Part shown: one piece after another, positions 1 to 13,271 of the stretch
Numbering within the stretch: the first letter of the stretch is position 1
Layout of the letters: every line of letters begins with the position of its first letter
Source: Vairimorpha necatrix
Lineage: Eukaryota
Direction: 5' to 3'
NCBI GenBank assembly: GCA_036630325.1
Contig: CP142735.1
Coordinates: 372,001 to 436,000, forward strand
DNA length: 64,000 bases
Notes under the pieces: model-generated
Told to the model about the DNA's origin: nothing
Databases searched by the model: none
Seen by the model: only the letters and a program-made list of their open reading frames with translations
Made by a program: the position numbers and the translations under genes

Positions 1-1407
1 GAATCAAGTACTAATATTTCCCAGATAGTTTGTGCATCTGGAGGTATTCTGAGGGATTATACATTTGGAGATAAGTTAGATGCAGATTTTAGTTTGATTC
101 CATTCAAAACTAAAGTATATTCATTAGATACTAAGGAACTGAGAGATTATAGTCCAGATGATTACTTTACCAAAAAGTTTCCAATGGACCATAATATAAA
201 TTCAGATGTTAATATTGCGTTAAGATTTCTTAGGAGTATCTTTACTGATAGGGAGTTTTGGATTATGCCTTGTATGAGTTTGGTTCTTGGTTGAAAGCCG
301 GATACCAAACGATACTTTGATGTTTTTCAGAGGCTGTGGGTCTAATGGGAAATCCCTTTTAATACATTTATTATCTGCTATATTTGGAGACTTCGGACAG
401 GCTTTACCTTCGGCTTTCTTCTCAATGGAGAGTAATAATTCGAGTATTGCAAACCCATTGTTAAAAGGCCTGAAAACGAAGAAAGTGGCGTTTTTATCTG
501 AGCCACAGGCCGGTAAGTTGAAATCAGAATTTATTAAGAAATTGTGTGGAGCAGATGAAGTTTCTGCCAGAAATTTATTTAGTAATGACATCGCTAATTT
601 TAAACTTACAACGAAGTTTGTCATTGCGATGAATGAACTACCATCTTTTTCTTCTGTAGATCAGGCCTTGTGGAGGAGAATTCGGATAATTCCTTTAAAA
701 ACCAAGTTTGTGGAAGATCCGGAAAATAGAAATGAAAAAAAATAGACAGGAGTTTATCTGGCGATGTTAATAAAAATCTTCTATTACGAGAATCACTTTT
801 GAAGTTAATAATAGAGCGATATCATGAGATTAAAGAAATGAAAATTGAACCTCCAATCTTATGCATACAGGCTGTAGAAAACCTAATAAATGTAGAAGAT
901 TATTTTAAAAAGTGGTTAGTTAAAAATGTTACTTATAAACAGGGGAGAATCTTGTCGAAACATGAGATTTTTGCCAGGTATGATGGCGTAATTTGAGAAG
1001 TAAAACCACTAAATAAAGAACAAAGACAAAGATTAAAGGGTTTGGTGAGATACATGGAAGAACTCAATAGTGATGCGGTTTTACCCAAGAGTTGGTTGTT
1101 TCTCGGATAGCATTCTACAATGTTTACCTGGGTGCCAGAGGACTGTATTTAAGTAAATTAGATTTATTGTAGTAGCCTCCATGGGCATTGTTTCCTCGCT
1201 GGGGATACAGCGACTTGTTCTTCGTTTGTTGTACTCCTCTGCTCTTCTCGACATCATAGTGGGGGTAAAAAAAAAGAAAATATTATTAGAAAAAATATCT
1301 AGAAAATTCATTTGGAGGGGAAATTTCTTAATGTGGTAAAAAATATCACAAGTGACAGAAAAGATTTATCTCGGCCTTACAACTCATATATCATGAATGT
1401 CATATAA
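1..1407 (+). pseudogene. D5-like primase-helicase (D5_N + SF3 helicase), 5' part outside window, disrupted
   Basis: Frame 1 is open from base 1 (FGDKLDADFSLIPFKTKVYSLDTKELRDYSPDDYFTK, D5_N-like). After a frameshift come Walker A GCGSNGKS, Walker B AFLSE, motif C AMNELP and ALWRR. Further frameshift and stop follow. The C-terminus is split by a solo LTR and resumes in frame to TAA 1405-1407. Confidence 0.8.
1074..1350 (-). repeat. Solo LTR related to gypsy G4 LTR
   Basis: TG...CA ends and 5-bp TSD AGTGA (1069-1073, 1351-1355). Shares CTAGAAAATTCATTTGGAGGG and AATGTGGTAA..CACA with the LTR at 60967-61284. Confidence 0.82.
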
Positions 1408-2197
1408 TTTTATGCACTAAAAAAATAAAGCGTATATATTAGAAATCGGCGCTTCTCTGTTTTACGGTCCCATTTTTGAAGTTGTAAAACAGAAAAAGCC
1501 AAAATTATTTTAATTTTTTTTTTTTAAAAAAAAACTTCAAAACGACAAAAGAATTTTTTGATAATTTAGACATCCTTTGTTTTCTAGTCTTGCTCTGGGT
1601 AAAGATTATATGACAGAGACTGGGATTATTAATCTTACTAAATGGTGTTGTTCTTGTGTCATTTTTTTAAAAAGCAGTGTATAGTTTTATGAGAAGGGAA
1701 TGTAAAACAAAGAACAACATCTTGCCTGCCATAATTCTTTATTTAAAAGTAACTTTTTGTTGTGTTCTTTATAAAGGGTAAAAATGAAGATTAAGGAGCT
1801 GAATTAAAAATAGCTAAAACAACACCTGCAGCATCGGCCAACCAAAAAACACATTATTTCAATTAGTACAGAGTCAAAAGGACATAAAAAGTCTAACAAG
1901 TTAGATTCTCTAAAGGCAGTATTTATGAAAGTTAAAAGCACCAAATATGATTGGCAGAGGAAGTCTTTCCAAGCCATTTTAAGTAGACGGAATCAGATGC
2001 TAATGAAGGTTAGAACAAAGTACTAGAGTTCTATTGTGCAAAATTTAAAGAAAAGATCTCTATTGTTAGAACAAAGAAAACGGGGTAAAAAGCACTTAAA
2101 AATAAAGCAGGGACGCTTATAAGAGTAAGAGAGTTGGCGCCACTAGGTAAATCGCTAACCTCCTCAAAATGAAATATAAATTTTAAGGAATATTTAC

Positions 2198-3844
2198 TAT
2201 GGTGCGCGAGCGTTGACCCCTCCCAACAGAAAGTAAAAAAATAAGAAATAAAAAGAAAACAAATAAATTTTAAAATCGATTGTTTAACATAAATTGTTTT
2301 TAAGCCTAGACATAGAGAAATTTTGTGTACCTTCTTCAGTTTCACATTTCACACTGTTGTTTAATAGAATTTCTGTAGCGTAAGTTCCTTGGGAAAAAGA
2401 AGAAATTTTAGTTTTTATATTATTATCGAAGTCTCTAGCTGCAATTACCTTGTTCTTAATTTCAAAAATATATTTTGAGATATGGATTAATGAATGACGA
2501 TTCATTCTTGCAAGGTAAATTGGATCAACTGAATCAGCCTCTGTTTTTTTCTTCGAGAACACCAATCTCAACTTCATTTTTATTTTCTGCATCAATCATC
2601 AATTCAACTTTTTTCATACTATCATCAAAAGGCTCGTAACCATCCGGCTTAAAACAGAATTAAATCCTGGTTTTTTTAAAAGCAGGTTAAATGTAACCTG
2701 ATTTGTCGCACTATGTTTATCTAAATTATAGGCGAATTTGACTTTATTAAGAGCTTAAGCCATATCTTTTGATCTTCGGTTCTAGAATTCCCAGACGCAA
2801 GCAAAAATTCTTCAAAAACATGTTATTGAATAGTGCGAGTTAAGGTTTGGTTAAATCTTTCTATTTGCCCGTTTGATTGTGGGTGACAGGCCTACTATGT
2901 TTTTGAACAATAAAAAAGTCCAAACAAGGTTCATTTATATAGAAATTGCAGAATTCCTTCCCATTATCAATTTTAGGAATTTTGGGATGACCCGTCATAT
3001 TGTAAAATAAAAATTTTAGGTTTTCAGTAACTTCTTCTCCTGTTTTACTCTTTAATGGAAAGGCCCAGACAAACTTAGAATACACATCAATTTTTGTTAA
3101 AATCCAACAATGCCCATCGATAAACCTTTTATAGCGTGTCATATCGATCATAAATTGTTCCATTGGTTTAGAGCCCGCAATATGGACTTGCCGTTCTTTA
3201 TTTTTTAACGGTTGCGATTGTCCACATACGATGCATTCGGAGACGACTTTTCTAATAATATCCCTTGGGATTTTAATAAGACCTTATTGCATGATGCTTC
3301 AAATCTGTTATGCCCCTGTATTGAAGCTGGTGGAAAGCTCTACACTCAACTTCTGTGGCTTCAAGCTGTTAATAATGGAAAACCTTATGATGGTTTCCAT
3401 TGGCTCACCCAAAAATAATTGTCATACCTGTAAGAGGTAATGAAAGCTTTTGTTTGAACCGTTTTTTGTTGCTTTTCTAAAACACTTCATGAATAATGCT
3501 TGAAAAAGTAATGTTATATTATCACAATCAACAGCTTTTTTAGGAAGAGAATCATTTTTCGAGGGATATATAAACAATTTTCATTTTTTAAATTGAACAA
3601 TGCAAATGTTTTTTAAATTAGAAATTTTTAATGCTTTATTATTATGCAATAGTCTAGTGGCATGCTTAAGAGTTTCCTGCGTATTATGGGGCGTCTGTTT
3701 GAATCCATTTAGAGCATTTATTCATCTACTTATGAATCAATTTAGACGGGGCTTTCTTAAGAAAAACTCTGGATTCAATGCATGCATGGGTGGGAAATCC
3801 AGGGGATTAACGCTTGCATACGAAGTCAATGCTTGCGCGCCACA
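2198..3844 (-). mobile_element. Ginger-like integrase DNA transposon, decayed
   Basis: TIR TATGGTGCGCGAGCGTTGAC / GTCAATGCTTGCGCGCCACA with flanks TTTAC/TTTAT. Fragmented rve integrase (IDVYSKF, DNGKEF). No RT. Homologous to 58670-60776. Confidence 0.8.
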
Positions 3845-3992
3845 TTTATTAAATAACCACGCATTGTTGTAAAAGTAAAGCAAAGACCCGAGGAATGAAG
3901 TATTTTTTTACATTGGAAATATCTTTTACGCCAAGAAAATGCTTTTAAAATTTTAGCAATGCGGCCATGGTATAATCGGCGCTACTTTATTT

Positions 3993-5161
3993 GGATCAAG
4001 TCCATTATATGCCCAGAAAAAACTTAAGTCCATTATGTGCCAGAGTTTGTAGTTAAGTCCATTATATGCCCAAATCTTTATAAATCGATAATTTTAAAGA
4101 CAAATATCCAAAACGAAAAATATAATGAATAATTTTAATCATGTTTTGCTGCCAACAAACTTTCTACGAACTCATTCTTAAACATGACCTCTTCCAAAAA
4201 TCCCGGTAATTGGCTTTTCTTTATCCCACACATTGCCTTAATTTTTCCTTTTATTCTGTTCCATAATGACTCGACTGTCTGTGTGTTAACTCCAGTCTTA
4301 GGATGCACAAAATAAAATTTATGGTTGACCATCTCATGATTAAACCCAAGTATATTTTGAATTTCAGCATAAGCAGCCCAGCTGTCGGAATAAATAGTTG
4401 TGCCGGGCATGCATACATCGGTGATTATTGGATATAAAGTATTTCTTGTTCAATATGAAAAACTTTTTTAACTGAATCTTGCAGGGCTGATGCTTGTATC
4501 AACGATTCCGAATACCCATACCTGCCCACTTAGCCACCTACCGCGATTATATTTTGTTTTGTGTACAAACAGGCTTTCTTCAATTTGGCATATTTTGCCT
4601 GGACCACCTAGTCTAATATGGTTCTCAACAAAATATTTGCCCACAAGAGTTCTTAATTTTCAAAATATCTTTTTGATCAATATTTTTTGAATGCAAAAGT
4701 CATTAGCTATATCCATAAACTGTTTGTCTGCTCATCAAAAATAAACGACAGTAAAAACATCGATTATAGGCATTCTAAAATCCTTAAAAAAGGAACCATG
4801 TCTAATGCTTAAAGTGATGCTATACTTCGGAAACAGCTTATTTTTGCATATCCAACAGCGACCATCTACAATTTCTTTTGGTCTTTCAACCATTTTCAAT
4901 CCACAACCGCAACAAGACATTTCATTGAGAAGCATTTCCCCCCTAAGGTCTTGCATGTGCTTCTCTACACTCATTTGTTAGAATATCATATTAGTTTTCG
5001 AAGTCAGAAAGTTCTCTTCAACTCATTAAAGTATTAGCAACTTGCTTTTGAAAATTCAAAAAATTGATAAAAAACTTAAGTCCATTATATGACCAGAGTT
5101 TTGAGTTAAGTCCATTATATGCCCAAAATTTCTAATCCTGGGCATATAATGGACTTGATCC
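3993..5161 (-). mobile_element. Merlin family B, inserted within the TIR of Merlin A1
   Basis: 24-bp TIR GGATCAAGTCCATTATATGCCCAG and 8-bp TSD CTTTATTT. Broken ISXO2-like transposase (YSDSWAAY, VNH, TQTVESLW). Confidence 0.93.
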
Positions 5162-5531
5162 CTTTATTTTCTTCCCCCCCCCCAAAAAAAACATCAATAA
5201 AAAGATACAAAATCGTGTTAGTTTTCAAATCTAAACATTTTTTTTCTAAAGGGGGGGGGCAAGAAAATGAAGTTAAGGTATTTTTTGTCGATTTGAGAAT
5301 TTTTAATTGCCTCACGCAGATTCCTCATTAAGGGGTTAAAAAAAATTAATTTTTTAACCCCTTAATGAGGTATCTGAAGGAAGCTATTCGGGAGCTAAAT
5401 ATCTGCGAAGATGCGTGCTTTAGGAACAATGAAGCAGCAATTGATTTTTTTAGATATTGGTCTTCTAAAAGGATCGATTGCTTGCAGACATTGTTCGATA
5501 TCAGAACTAACTGTTCTTATGAACATAGGTG

Positions 5532-6742
5532 GGCGCAACGGTCTGTGCCCGGACTTTCCATAATATTTTACGTACTGAATCCGGGCACAGACCGTAAAGT
5601 GGGGAAATGTTTTTTACGAACCATATCCCCAAGAGTCGAAATTTTACAGATTTGTTTAAATTTCATTCGGATTAACATTTCTTGAGTTATAAACATTTTT
5701 GTTTTTTGGATGATTTTTTCAAAAATATTTTACCCTAATGGTTTGTCTGGAGCCGCTTGACAGTAGGTCAAAAATCTTCCAAGACCCACATGAGACAATA
5801 AGTTGGCTAGTGGATGAAAATCTACTAAAAACAACAATAGAATGTACGAATTGTTCTGGACAATGGCTTTAACACCGGATGATTCGTACATAGACTGCTG
5901 CCGGTTTAAGTGTAGGGGAAAGACGGGGTGTGGAACATCAATCGGAGTTTTTGATAAAACTGTCTTTTCTAATCCCCGAATACCTACACATAATTATTTG
6001 TATATTCTGTATTCGTTCATTGAAAAACAGTCCATACTTAACTTAAACAAAAATTCCCTCGTGTCTGCTTCCAGTGTCTTCAGGGCTAAAAAAAAAATAT
6101 ACGAAGCACTGAAAAAGGAAAATTTCAAACACCAAAAAAATAGAAGGGGTTGAAGAAATGACACAGAAAGAAGAAACAGTTATAGTAAAGGAAAAATTTG
6201 TCAAATATACATCGGAAAGATATGACACAGTCAAAAATTGTACGTGGTTGGTTGGGACTATAGACGAGCGAACGTTAGAACTGAGAATCGAAATAGTACC
6301 TAACCGGACTCTACAGACGATGACTCGGCTTTTTTAAAAATACATAAAAAACGACACGATATGCAAAACTGATGGGCATAAATCTTATCCCGCAGCAGTA
6401 GAATCTATCAACGGTGATCATCGCGTTGTAATTCATGATGAAGGCTTTAAAAACGAAGCAGGTGAAACCACAAACTTAATAGAGGGAGTCTGGTCACACC
6501 TTAAATGTGAAATAATAGCTAGAAAAGTGATTAAAGAAAGTGCGATACCAGATTTTTTGGAAGAATTTAAATGGAAAAGAAGGTGTGCCATTTATAAAAA
6601 CATCAAAAGTTCAAGAGAATTCTTTATAGAAATTATCAAAATATTCTTAGAATAAAATGCTTTTTTATTATTTTTTTTTTTTTCGTTTCTCTCTAAGGGG
6701 GGACCCGTAGAGAGAAAAAAGTCCGGGCAAGACCGTTGCGCC
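5532..6742 (+). mobile_element. Merlin family C copy 1
   Basis: TIR GGCGCAACGGTC and 8-bp TSD CATAGGTG. Frameshifted transposase (DGHKSYP, TNLIEG). Confidence 0.93.
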
Positions 6743-8782
6743 CATAGGTGGATGTTCCGGCTACATTGACGGTAAAGCTTATCGTTGTGTTAATAAAAAG
6801 TGTAGTTCGAAGATCACACTTAAAAATGGTACGATGTTTAAAGGAATAAGCGTCTCATTTCACAAAATCCTTAGAGAATTCTATTGCTGGGTATTTAATT
6901 ATACTATTTATCAAGCAATAGATCTTTGCAAAATATGTGAAAATTCATATATTAAAATCAAGGATACAGTGATGGAAATCATTGCTTCTAAAAGCGATGA
7001 TAGCTACCAAATTGGGAAATTCTGTTCGTGTACAATTTGATGAAACCGCCACATGCAACGGGTTAATTGTATCTAATCCTTCTTCAACTTTGGATTCCAT
7101 GCCTGGAATTCACTGGATTATAGGCAGCATCAGAAGGTAATTGTAGATAATTTGTTCTTGAATGGCTACCGAATCGACAGCCTGGTACTATTGAAGAGTT
7201 TTTTAGACGCAGAGTAAAACGTGGCTCTATTATAATTACTGATGGATACCCTTCATACCCATCAGCCTCTAGAAATTTTGGGAGTGAACATTACATAGTA
7301 AATCATTCGCTTGGATTTATAAATGCAAAGGAAACCACACAAATAATATAGAAAATTTGTGGTTCTATTTGAAGAATGAATATAGATCGAGGAGTGGGCT
7401 TAAAAGGCATAAAATTAATTTATTTCTAAAAGAATTCGCTTGGAAAAAAAAGATTATAAATCATTCTAATAATGATGATCATAGGCGTGCTTATATAAAA
7501 TTTTAGAACTTTGTAGGTTGGAATAAATAAAATTTCTTCTAAATAATTTTTTTTCTAGGGAGCAAGAAAATGAAGTAGCGCCGTTTAATCCACTTCGTTT
7601 TCTATAGTCGTGTTTTAGGTGTGACCATAAATTTTCAATCTGACTTGTATGTCCACCATCGCCGTTTAAAAGGCCTTTGCCATAATTTACAATCCCATGC
7701 TCAGATTCAAAATTAAGTCACAGCTTTGGGGTACGATGGATATCCATCAGTGATTATAATTGTTCCAGGAGCAAATGTATTTTAAATTCTTCTAACAAAG
7801 TTTAATGCTTTCTATTGGGAATTAATGTTACAAAAAAATTCGTTCCATCATCTTTTACAACTATTCAAAGTATCCATTGTATATAGGAGTATCGTCGTGT
7901 TAAGATGGCGGAATATCAATAACTAAGCCATTGAATATGGCAGTTTCATCGACTTGTACCTTGTATTTTTCTCCCCTATCGTTTCTATATCCGAAGGAGT
8001 TTTGCTTATAATTTCCATTTTTAATTTCTTAGCCAATTTTCACTTTATGCCCCCCTACATATATAAAAAAAAATTTAAAAAATATCCCCTTTTTAGAAAA
8101 TCAAAATGGAAAAAAAGGAAAAAATACTTAAAATAATAAATTTATTAAAACATCGGGCTAAAGTAAGCATTAGCTACAAAAAATCGATACAGGGTTTTTT
8201 GTTTTTTACCCCTTTTTTAAAAAAATAGAGGAAAGAATTCGGACAAGAGAAGAATTGAAGATCATATATAATGATCTAATAATTAAGAAACACAATAAAA
8301 AAATGTAGTTTCTGTAATCAAAAAAAGAAGCAAAGAAGTCTCATAAGGTGTCCACAGAGCTCATGTTAAAACATAATTTCAATTTGAAATGGAACTTTCT
8401 TTCAGGATTCTAGGCTAAATCACATTAAAATATTACAAATACTAAATTTATGGATTCTAGGTTATTCACGTAAGTCCGTTTCTCAATTTTAGGTTGTACT
8501 AAACCTTCTATATCTTCCGTGCTAAAAAAGTTAAAAGACATGAGTCTTTATGATAAGCATTTATCTAGTATGGGGACTATTGGAGGCGATAATACTTTAG
8601 TGGAAATTGATGAGACTAAGATTGGGAAGAAATAAACAATGGGGGAAGTTAGTAAAAGGATTTTGGTGTTTTGGAATGGCGGAACGTACCATCCAACGTA
8701 GAATCATAGTAGTATATATTAAGAAAAGAAACAAAAGAACACTTACTGAACTTCTTTTAAAATATGTAAGTAGAAGCAGTAT

Positions 8783-10054
8783 GGCTAATATCAGCATCTG
8801 TGTAAAAAAACTGGGGGGTCAAAATTTTTAAAAAATTGCCCCTTTTTTTAAAAAACGAAGAGAAGAGAAAACTTCAGAAAAAAAAAACAAAATATAATTA
8901 AGATATAAAAATGCATGAAAATTAACTATAAAATAAATAAAATATATCTGTTACCGGATATGTCAGATCCGCTTATTATAAGGCTGAAGTGCCTTCCCTA
9001 ACATTATTGTTTGTTTGTTTACTGTCATCGGTTGTTATGTACCCAAACAAACAAACAAAAGTATTTAAGGAAGACCTCTTAAATACCAATGCCAAATAAA
9101 CAAGTTACTTCTAAAAGCAAGTCTTCTCCCACAACCAGCTCCTTCGCCGGTAACAATATCAAAAACATAATTTTAATAATGCTTTGAAGATGTCTTCGCT
9201 CTCATTTCTTTTAATCATATATAGAACTAAATATATTTCAGCAAGTTCATAACTCCTACACCTATTAGATATAGAGGCTTTTAAAGACCCCCAATATCCT
9301 TCTATGGTGTTTGTATGCACACCTGTCTCCCTGTCTCTAAAAGTTTGACTGTGATTCACAGTCCTATGGTCCGCATAATGATTTTTTAACGTTGCATACG
9401 CCCTCCACATATCCGACTGAATGCCGGATTCAAAATTTACATGCTTAAACATGATTGGAAATAATGTATCCCAGTCTCTTTTCTTTATAATTACGAATAC
9501 AGTCTTCTTTGCTTCGGTTCGTTCCACCATCCCAAACCCCCTTAACTAATCTTCCCCTATGATGCTTATTTTTGCCAATTTTACTTTCATCTATTTCTAC
9601 AATGATATCTTGTCCACCTATCTGCTTCAGCTTGTTCAAATACTTATCATAAATTTTTAATTTATATAATTTATCTAGGGTGTAACTTACATTTTGTACA
9701 TTACATCCCAAAATCTTTGATATAAGAATTACTTTAATTCTAATATCCACAAATTTACTATTTGCAACATCAGTAAATGTTCTAGTCTTGTGTTTTCAAA
9801 AAAAGAATTTTTCCAAATTTAAAATCTATGTTTTTTATTTGAAGACTTACTCTCAAGTAAGCAGTTTCATTTGATACAATAGCTGTATCCCAACCACATT
9901 TAATACATTTCTGATTGTATTTCTTATTTGTTAAAGATATATAAAAATCTTCAATTTCCTCATTGCTCATCATTCCCTTCGTTTTTTTAAAAAAGGGGCA
10001 ATTTTTTAAAAATTTTGACCCCCCAGTTTTTTCACACAGATGCTGATTTTAGCC
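8783..10054 (-). mobile_element. Merlin family G
   Basis: About 75-bp TIR starting GGCTAA.ATCAGCATCTGTG and 7-bp TSD GCAGTAT. Frameshifted transposase 9973->9159 (VEIDESK, QSDMWRAY, HTNTIEG). Confidence 0.9.
8949..9155 (+). repeat. Solo LTR related to gypsy G2 LTR
   Basis: TGTTACCGG...CCGGTAACA ends and TSD ATATC. The reverse complement resembles the LTR at 25459-25659. Confidence 0.88.
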
Positions 10055-11477
10055 GCAGTATTATATATAGCGATATTTGGAGAGCGTATCATTCTTTAAA
10101 TACAATATTTAAACGACATCATATGGTTAATCATACACTACATTTTAGAGATGAATACAGGAGTACATACCAATACCATAGAAGGTAATTGAAGATCTTC
10201 AAAACATTCTATACCAAATAGAAACAAATAATCGAATAGCGCCAAACTTTATTTATTTAGATATATGATCCAAAGAAACTCCATAACTCCAGTGTTTGAA
10301 GCTTTATAAAATATTTATTCTAGTTTTTATTTTTGTTCCTTCCTCATCATTTTCTTTCCTACATTTTTAAAAAAGAGGCAAAAAACCCCCTATATCGATT
10401 TTTTGTAGCTAATGCTTACTTTAGCCAAACATCGAAATAATTGTCTTTTGAATTTCTAAGTAAAATAAATAATAATAAATATGGGTAAATTAATCTTCTT
10501 GTTCTACATCTAATCGGAGTTTGGAATTTAACAGCACTCCGATTCCCTTCTATAGTGTTAGTATGCACACCAGTAACAGGATCCTTAAACCATTTACTGT
10601 GGTTAACTGTATTATGGTTAGCTACCATTTGACTCATTTTTGCATATCCTTTCCACATATCTGAATAAACTGTAGATTGTTTATCAATATATGTGTAAAT
10701 GAGGTTTAATAGTGTGTTTTTAGTTCTATTGGGGACAGGAATTAATATTATTTTTCTTTCTACTGTCCGTTCAACCATCCTAAATACTCATACTCCCTCT
10801 ACTTTATGTCCAACGTGGTATTTACGTTTTCTAAATTTGCTTTCTTCCACTTCGACTATTGTCTCCTTGCCGCCCAATGTTTCTCTTGCATTTTCATGTA
10901 TTTATGGTAAGCCTTATCCAATAAAAGCTGTTTAAGGCATCTCGTTACAACACAGGGGCGAATAGATAACAACCTGGCAATATGTAGAGGCGAAATCTTT
11001 GTAAGCCAGAGGTTCAGGACCTTATACATAAGTATATGGTCTAAGTGAGTTTGCGCAAATATTGTATTTGCAAAAAGACTCCTCTCTTTTTTGCATTTCT
11101 TCCCTATGCATCTGACATTGTATCTCCTTTGCTGTCTCTTCCTAACTTCTTTCACGCATTTGTAATAGTTTACTTTTAGAATATCATAAATAATTTCTTC
11201 GTATGTTTTATTTATTTCTTCGTTAGTAAGCATAAAAGTGGGGTACTGTAATTAAATTTTTAAAAATTGCTACAAAGAAAACTACATCGTCATTATAATT
11301 TATATATCGTTGTAAAAAGTTCGTATAAATGAATTTATTGTATGGTTTATTACTTATTATTATTTATAATAATTAAAATATAACTAAAAAAATTGGACCG
11401 TATGATGACATATAGAGTAAATTAATATTTGTATAATAAAATTGACATGATTTATATATTTATTTTTGTATATTAGA

Positions 11478-11525
11478 TGTTAGTATTTAGATATTTTGAC
11501 CCCTCATTTATGATAAATAAATACA
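11478..11525 (+). repeat. 5' LTR of SL1 (48 bp)
   Basis: TGT...ACA. Near-identical to 15678-15725. Confidence 0.88.
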
Positions 11526-13271
11526 TGGGGGCCCATCTTATGATGAGTTGACAAGAGTTGACTGTGGAAAATAGTTCAGAAATCATAGTGAGTTTAAGAG
11601 GATAATGTATGATTAAGATTAGAGGAAATGGGGGAAGGATTGTGGAAGAGAGAAGTCTACAGAATAGGAAGTGAAGATTTGAAAAATTTTATTGTTTTGA
11701 ATGTTCCGATTGAAGGAGGAGTCGAAGAAATAAGAAAAAAGTTGATTGAAGAAAAGAAAAGAAGAAAATGGAAGTTGGAAGAGAAGAAGAGTTAAGGAAC
11801 ATGACATTGATGATTACGGAAACAGTTAAGAAAGCTATGGAAGCGGAAAGTGCAGAAAGAACTGGATTCAAGAGAAAGCTTTTTAGATGTTATGAGTGTG
11901 GCCGAACAGGACATATTAGTAGAAATTGCCAATATAATAGGCTTAATAAAAGTGATTCCAAGTATATAGTTTTTAAAAGGTCAGCGATAGATCATGAAGA
12001 ATGCTTAAGTGAAGATAATTATAAGAAGGGTAAAAAAGAGCAGGAAGAGAAGAGAAGAGAAGAGAAGCAGGGAAATTATAGATGAGAGAGTTGAATATAT
12101 GGAATTAGATGGATTGAGACGGAAGTATCATGAGGTATTTTCGGACGAAGAGGAGGAAATTAAATATTGTAATTTGGAAAATGCCGAATTAAAACCGAAG
12201 AATGAAAGGTCGTAAAGAAGAAAGGACACATGGTTGAACAAGCGCTTATTGCGGATATAGTAGAACATATTAAGAGTTTAAAAAAAGGAAATTAATTAGA
12301 AGATCAGTGTCGGAATGGCGGAATCCAGTAAGGGCGCTTATGAAGCCAAATGGAAAGATAAGACTGGTAAGTAGCTTAATGGCTTTAAATGATATAGTTG
12401 ATAAGGATCCGTATGAATTGGCACGAATTAGAGATGTAACGCGGGGAACGCAGGGATCAAGGTTTTTTTACTGTGATGGATATTGAAGACAGTTTTTACC
12501 ACATTGAGATTTGCGAAGAGGATAAGCATAAAACAGCTTTTTAATTCAATGGGAGAGTTTATGAGTGGAATAGTATGGTAATGGCGGTTAAGAACTCGCT
12601 CCAAATCAAAGAACAATGAATACGATTTTTGACGACCTGTTAGGAGAAGGAGTAGAGGTGTATATGGATGATGTAGTAATTCACGCAAAAACGAAAAGAA
12701 AGCACGATGAGCTGCTAAAAGAAGTTTTAAAACGATTTAAGAAAAATAATATGAAAATAAATATCAGCAAGATACAATTCTGTAAAAAGGAAGTAAAGCT
12801 ATTAGGGGTGACACTGAATGGAGAGGATTCTCAGGCGTGCGAAATTAAAAAGAATGAAGCGTTAGAATGCCCAGCACCAGCAAATGTATCAGAATTAAAA
12901 AGATTTTGTGGATTAACTGGATGGTTTAAAAGTTTTATTAAAGATTACGCTAAGTTGACATACCATTTAACAAATGCGCTTAAGGGAAATGGGAATAACT
13001 TCAAGTGGACGGAGGAAATGCAAAAAGAGTATGAAAGTTTGAAAGAATGTTTAAGAAATTTGAAAAGTTTAAAGATAGCTGAATATAGTAAAGAATTTTT
13101 GCAGCGAAAAGATGCGAGCAACGTTGGCATGGGAGCTGTGTTATTGCAGAGAAACGAATTGAATGAGTGGGTTCCGGTACAGTGGGCCTCAAAAAAGTTA
13201 CGCCAACGGAAAGTAGATACGCGATATCAGAAAAAGAAATGTTCGCAGTATTCTGGGGAATTAAAAAGTTT

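Larger units (their letters stand above)
3978..7582 (+). mobile_element. Merlin family A copy 1 (decayed, two nested Merlins)
   Basis: GGCGCTACTT...AAGTAGCGCC termini and 8-bp TSD GTATAATC/GTTTAATC. Collinear with the copy at 16099-17313. Confidence 0.9.
2136..8035 (-). mobile_element. Merlin family D, old, 5'-truncated; host of nested inserts
   Basis: Transposase remnant 8035->7591 (VQVDETA, ITDGYPSYP, IENLWSHLK) continues in frame at 3977->~3860 (GLYHGRIAKILKAFSWRKRY) once Merlin A1 is removed. Candidate GGCGC terminus at 2136. Confidence 0.65.
8156..10426 (+). mobile_element. Merlin family F copy 1
   Basis: TIR GGCTAAAGTAAGCATTAGCTACAAAAAATCGATA and 8-bp TSD AAACATCG. Decayed transposase (VEIDETK, HTNTIEG). 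Confidence 0.92.

Noticed and set aside
1448-2135. GGCGCTTCTC as the end of another Merlin or MITE
   Set aside because: No partner TIR, TSD or transposase remnant found.
3998-4075. CRISPR-like spaced repeats AAGTCCATTATATGCCC
   Set aside because: They are subterminal copies of the Merlin B TIR motif. Spacers are very short and there are no cas genes.
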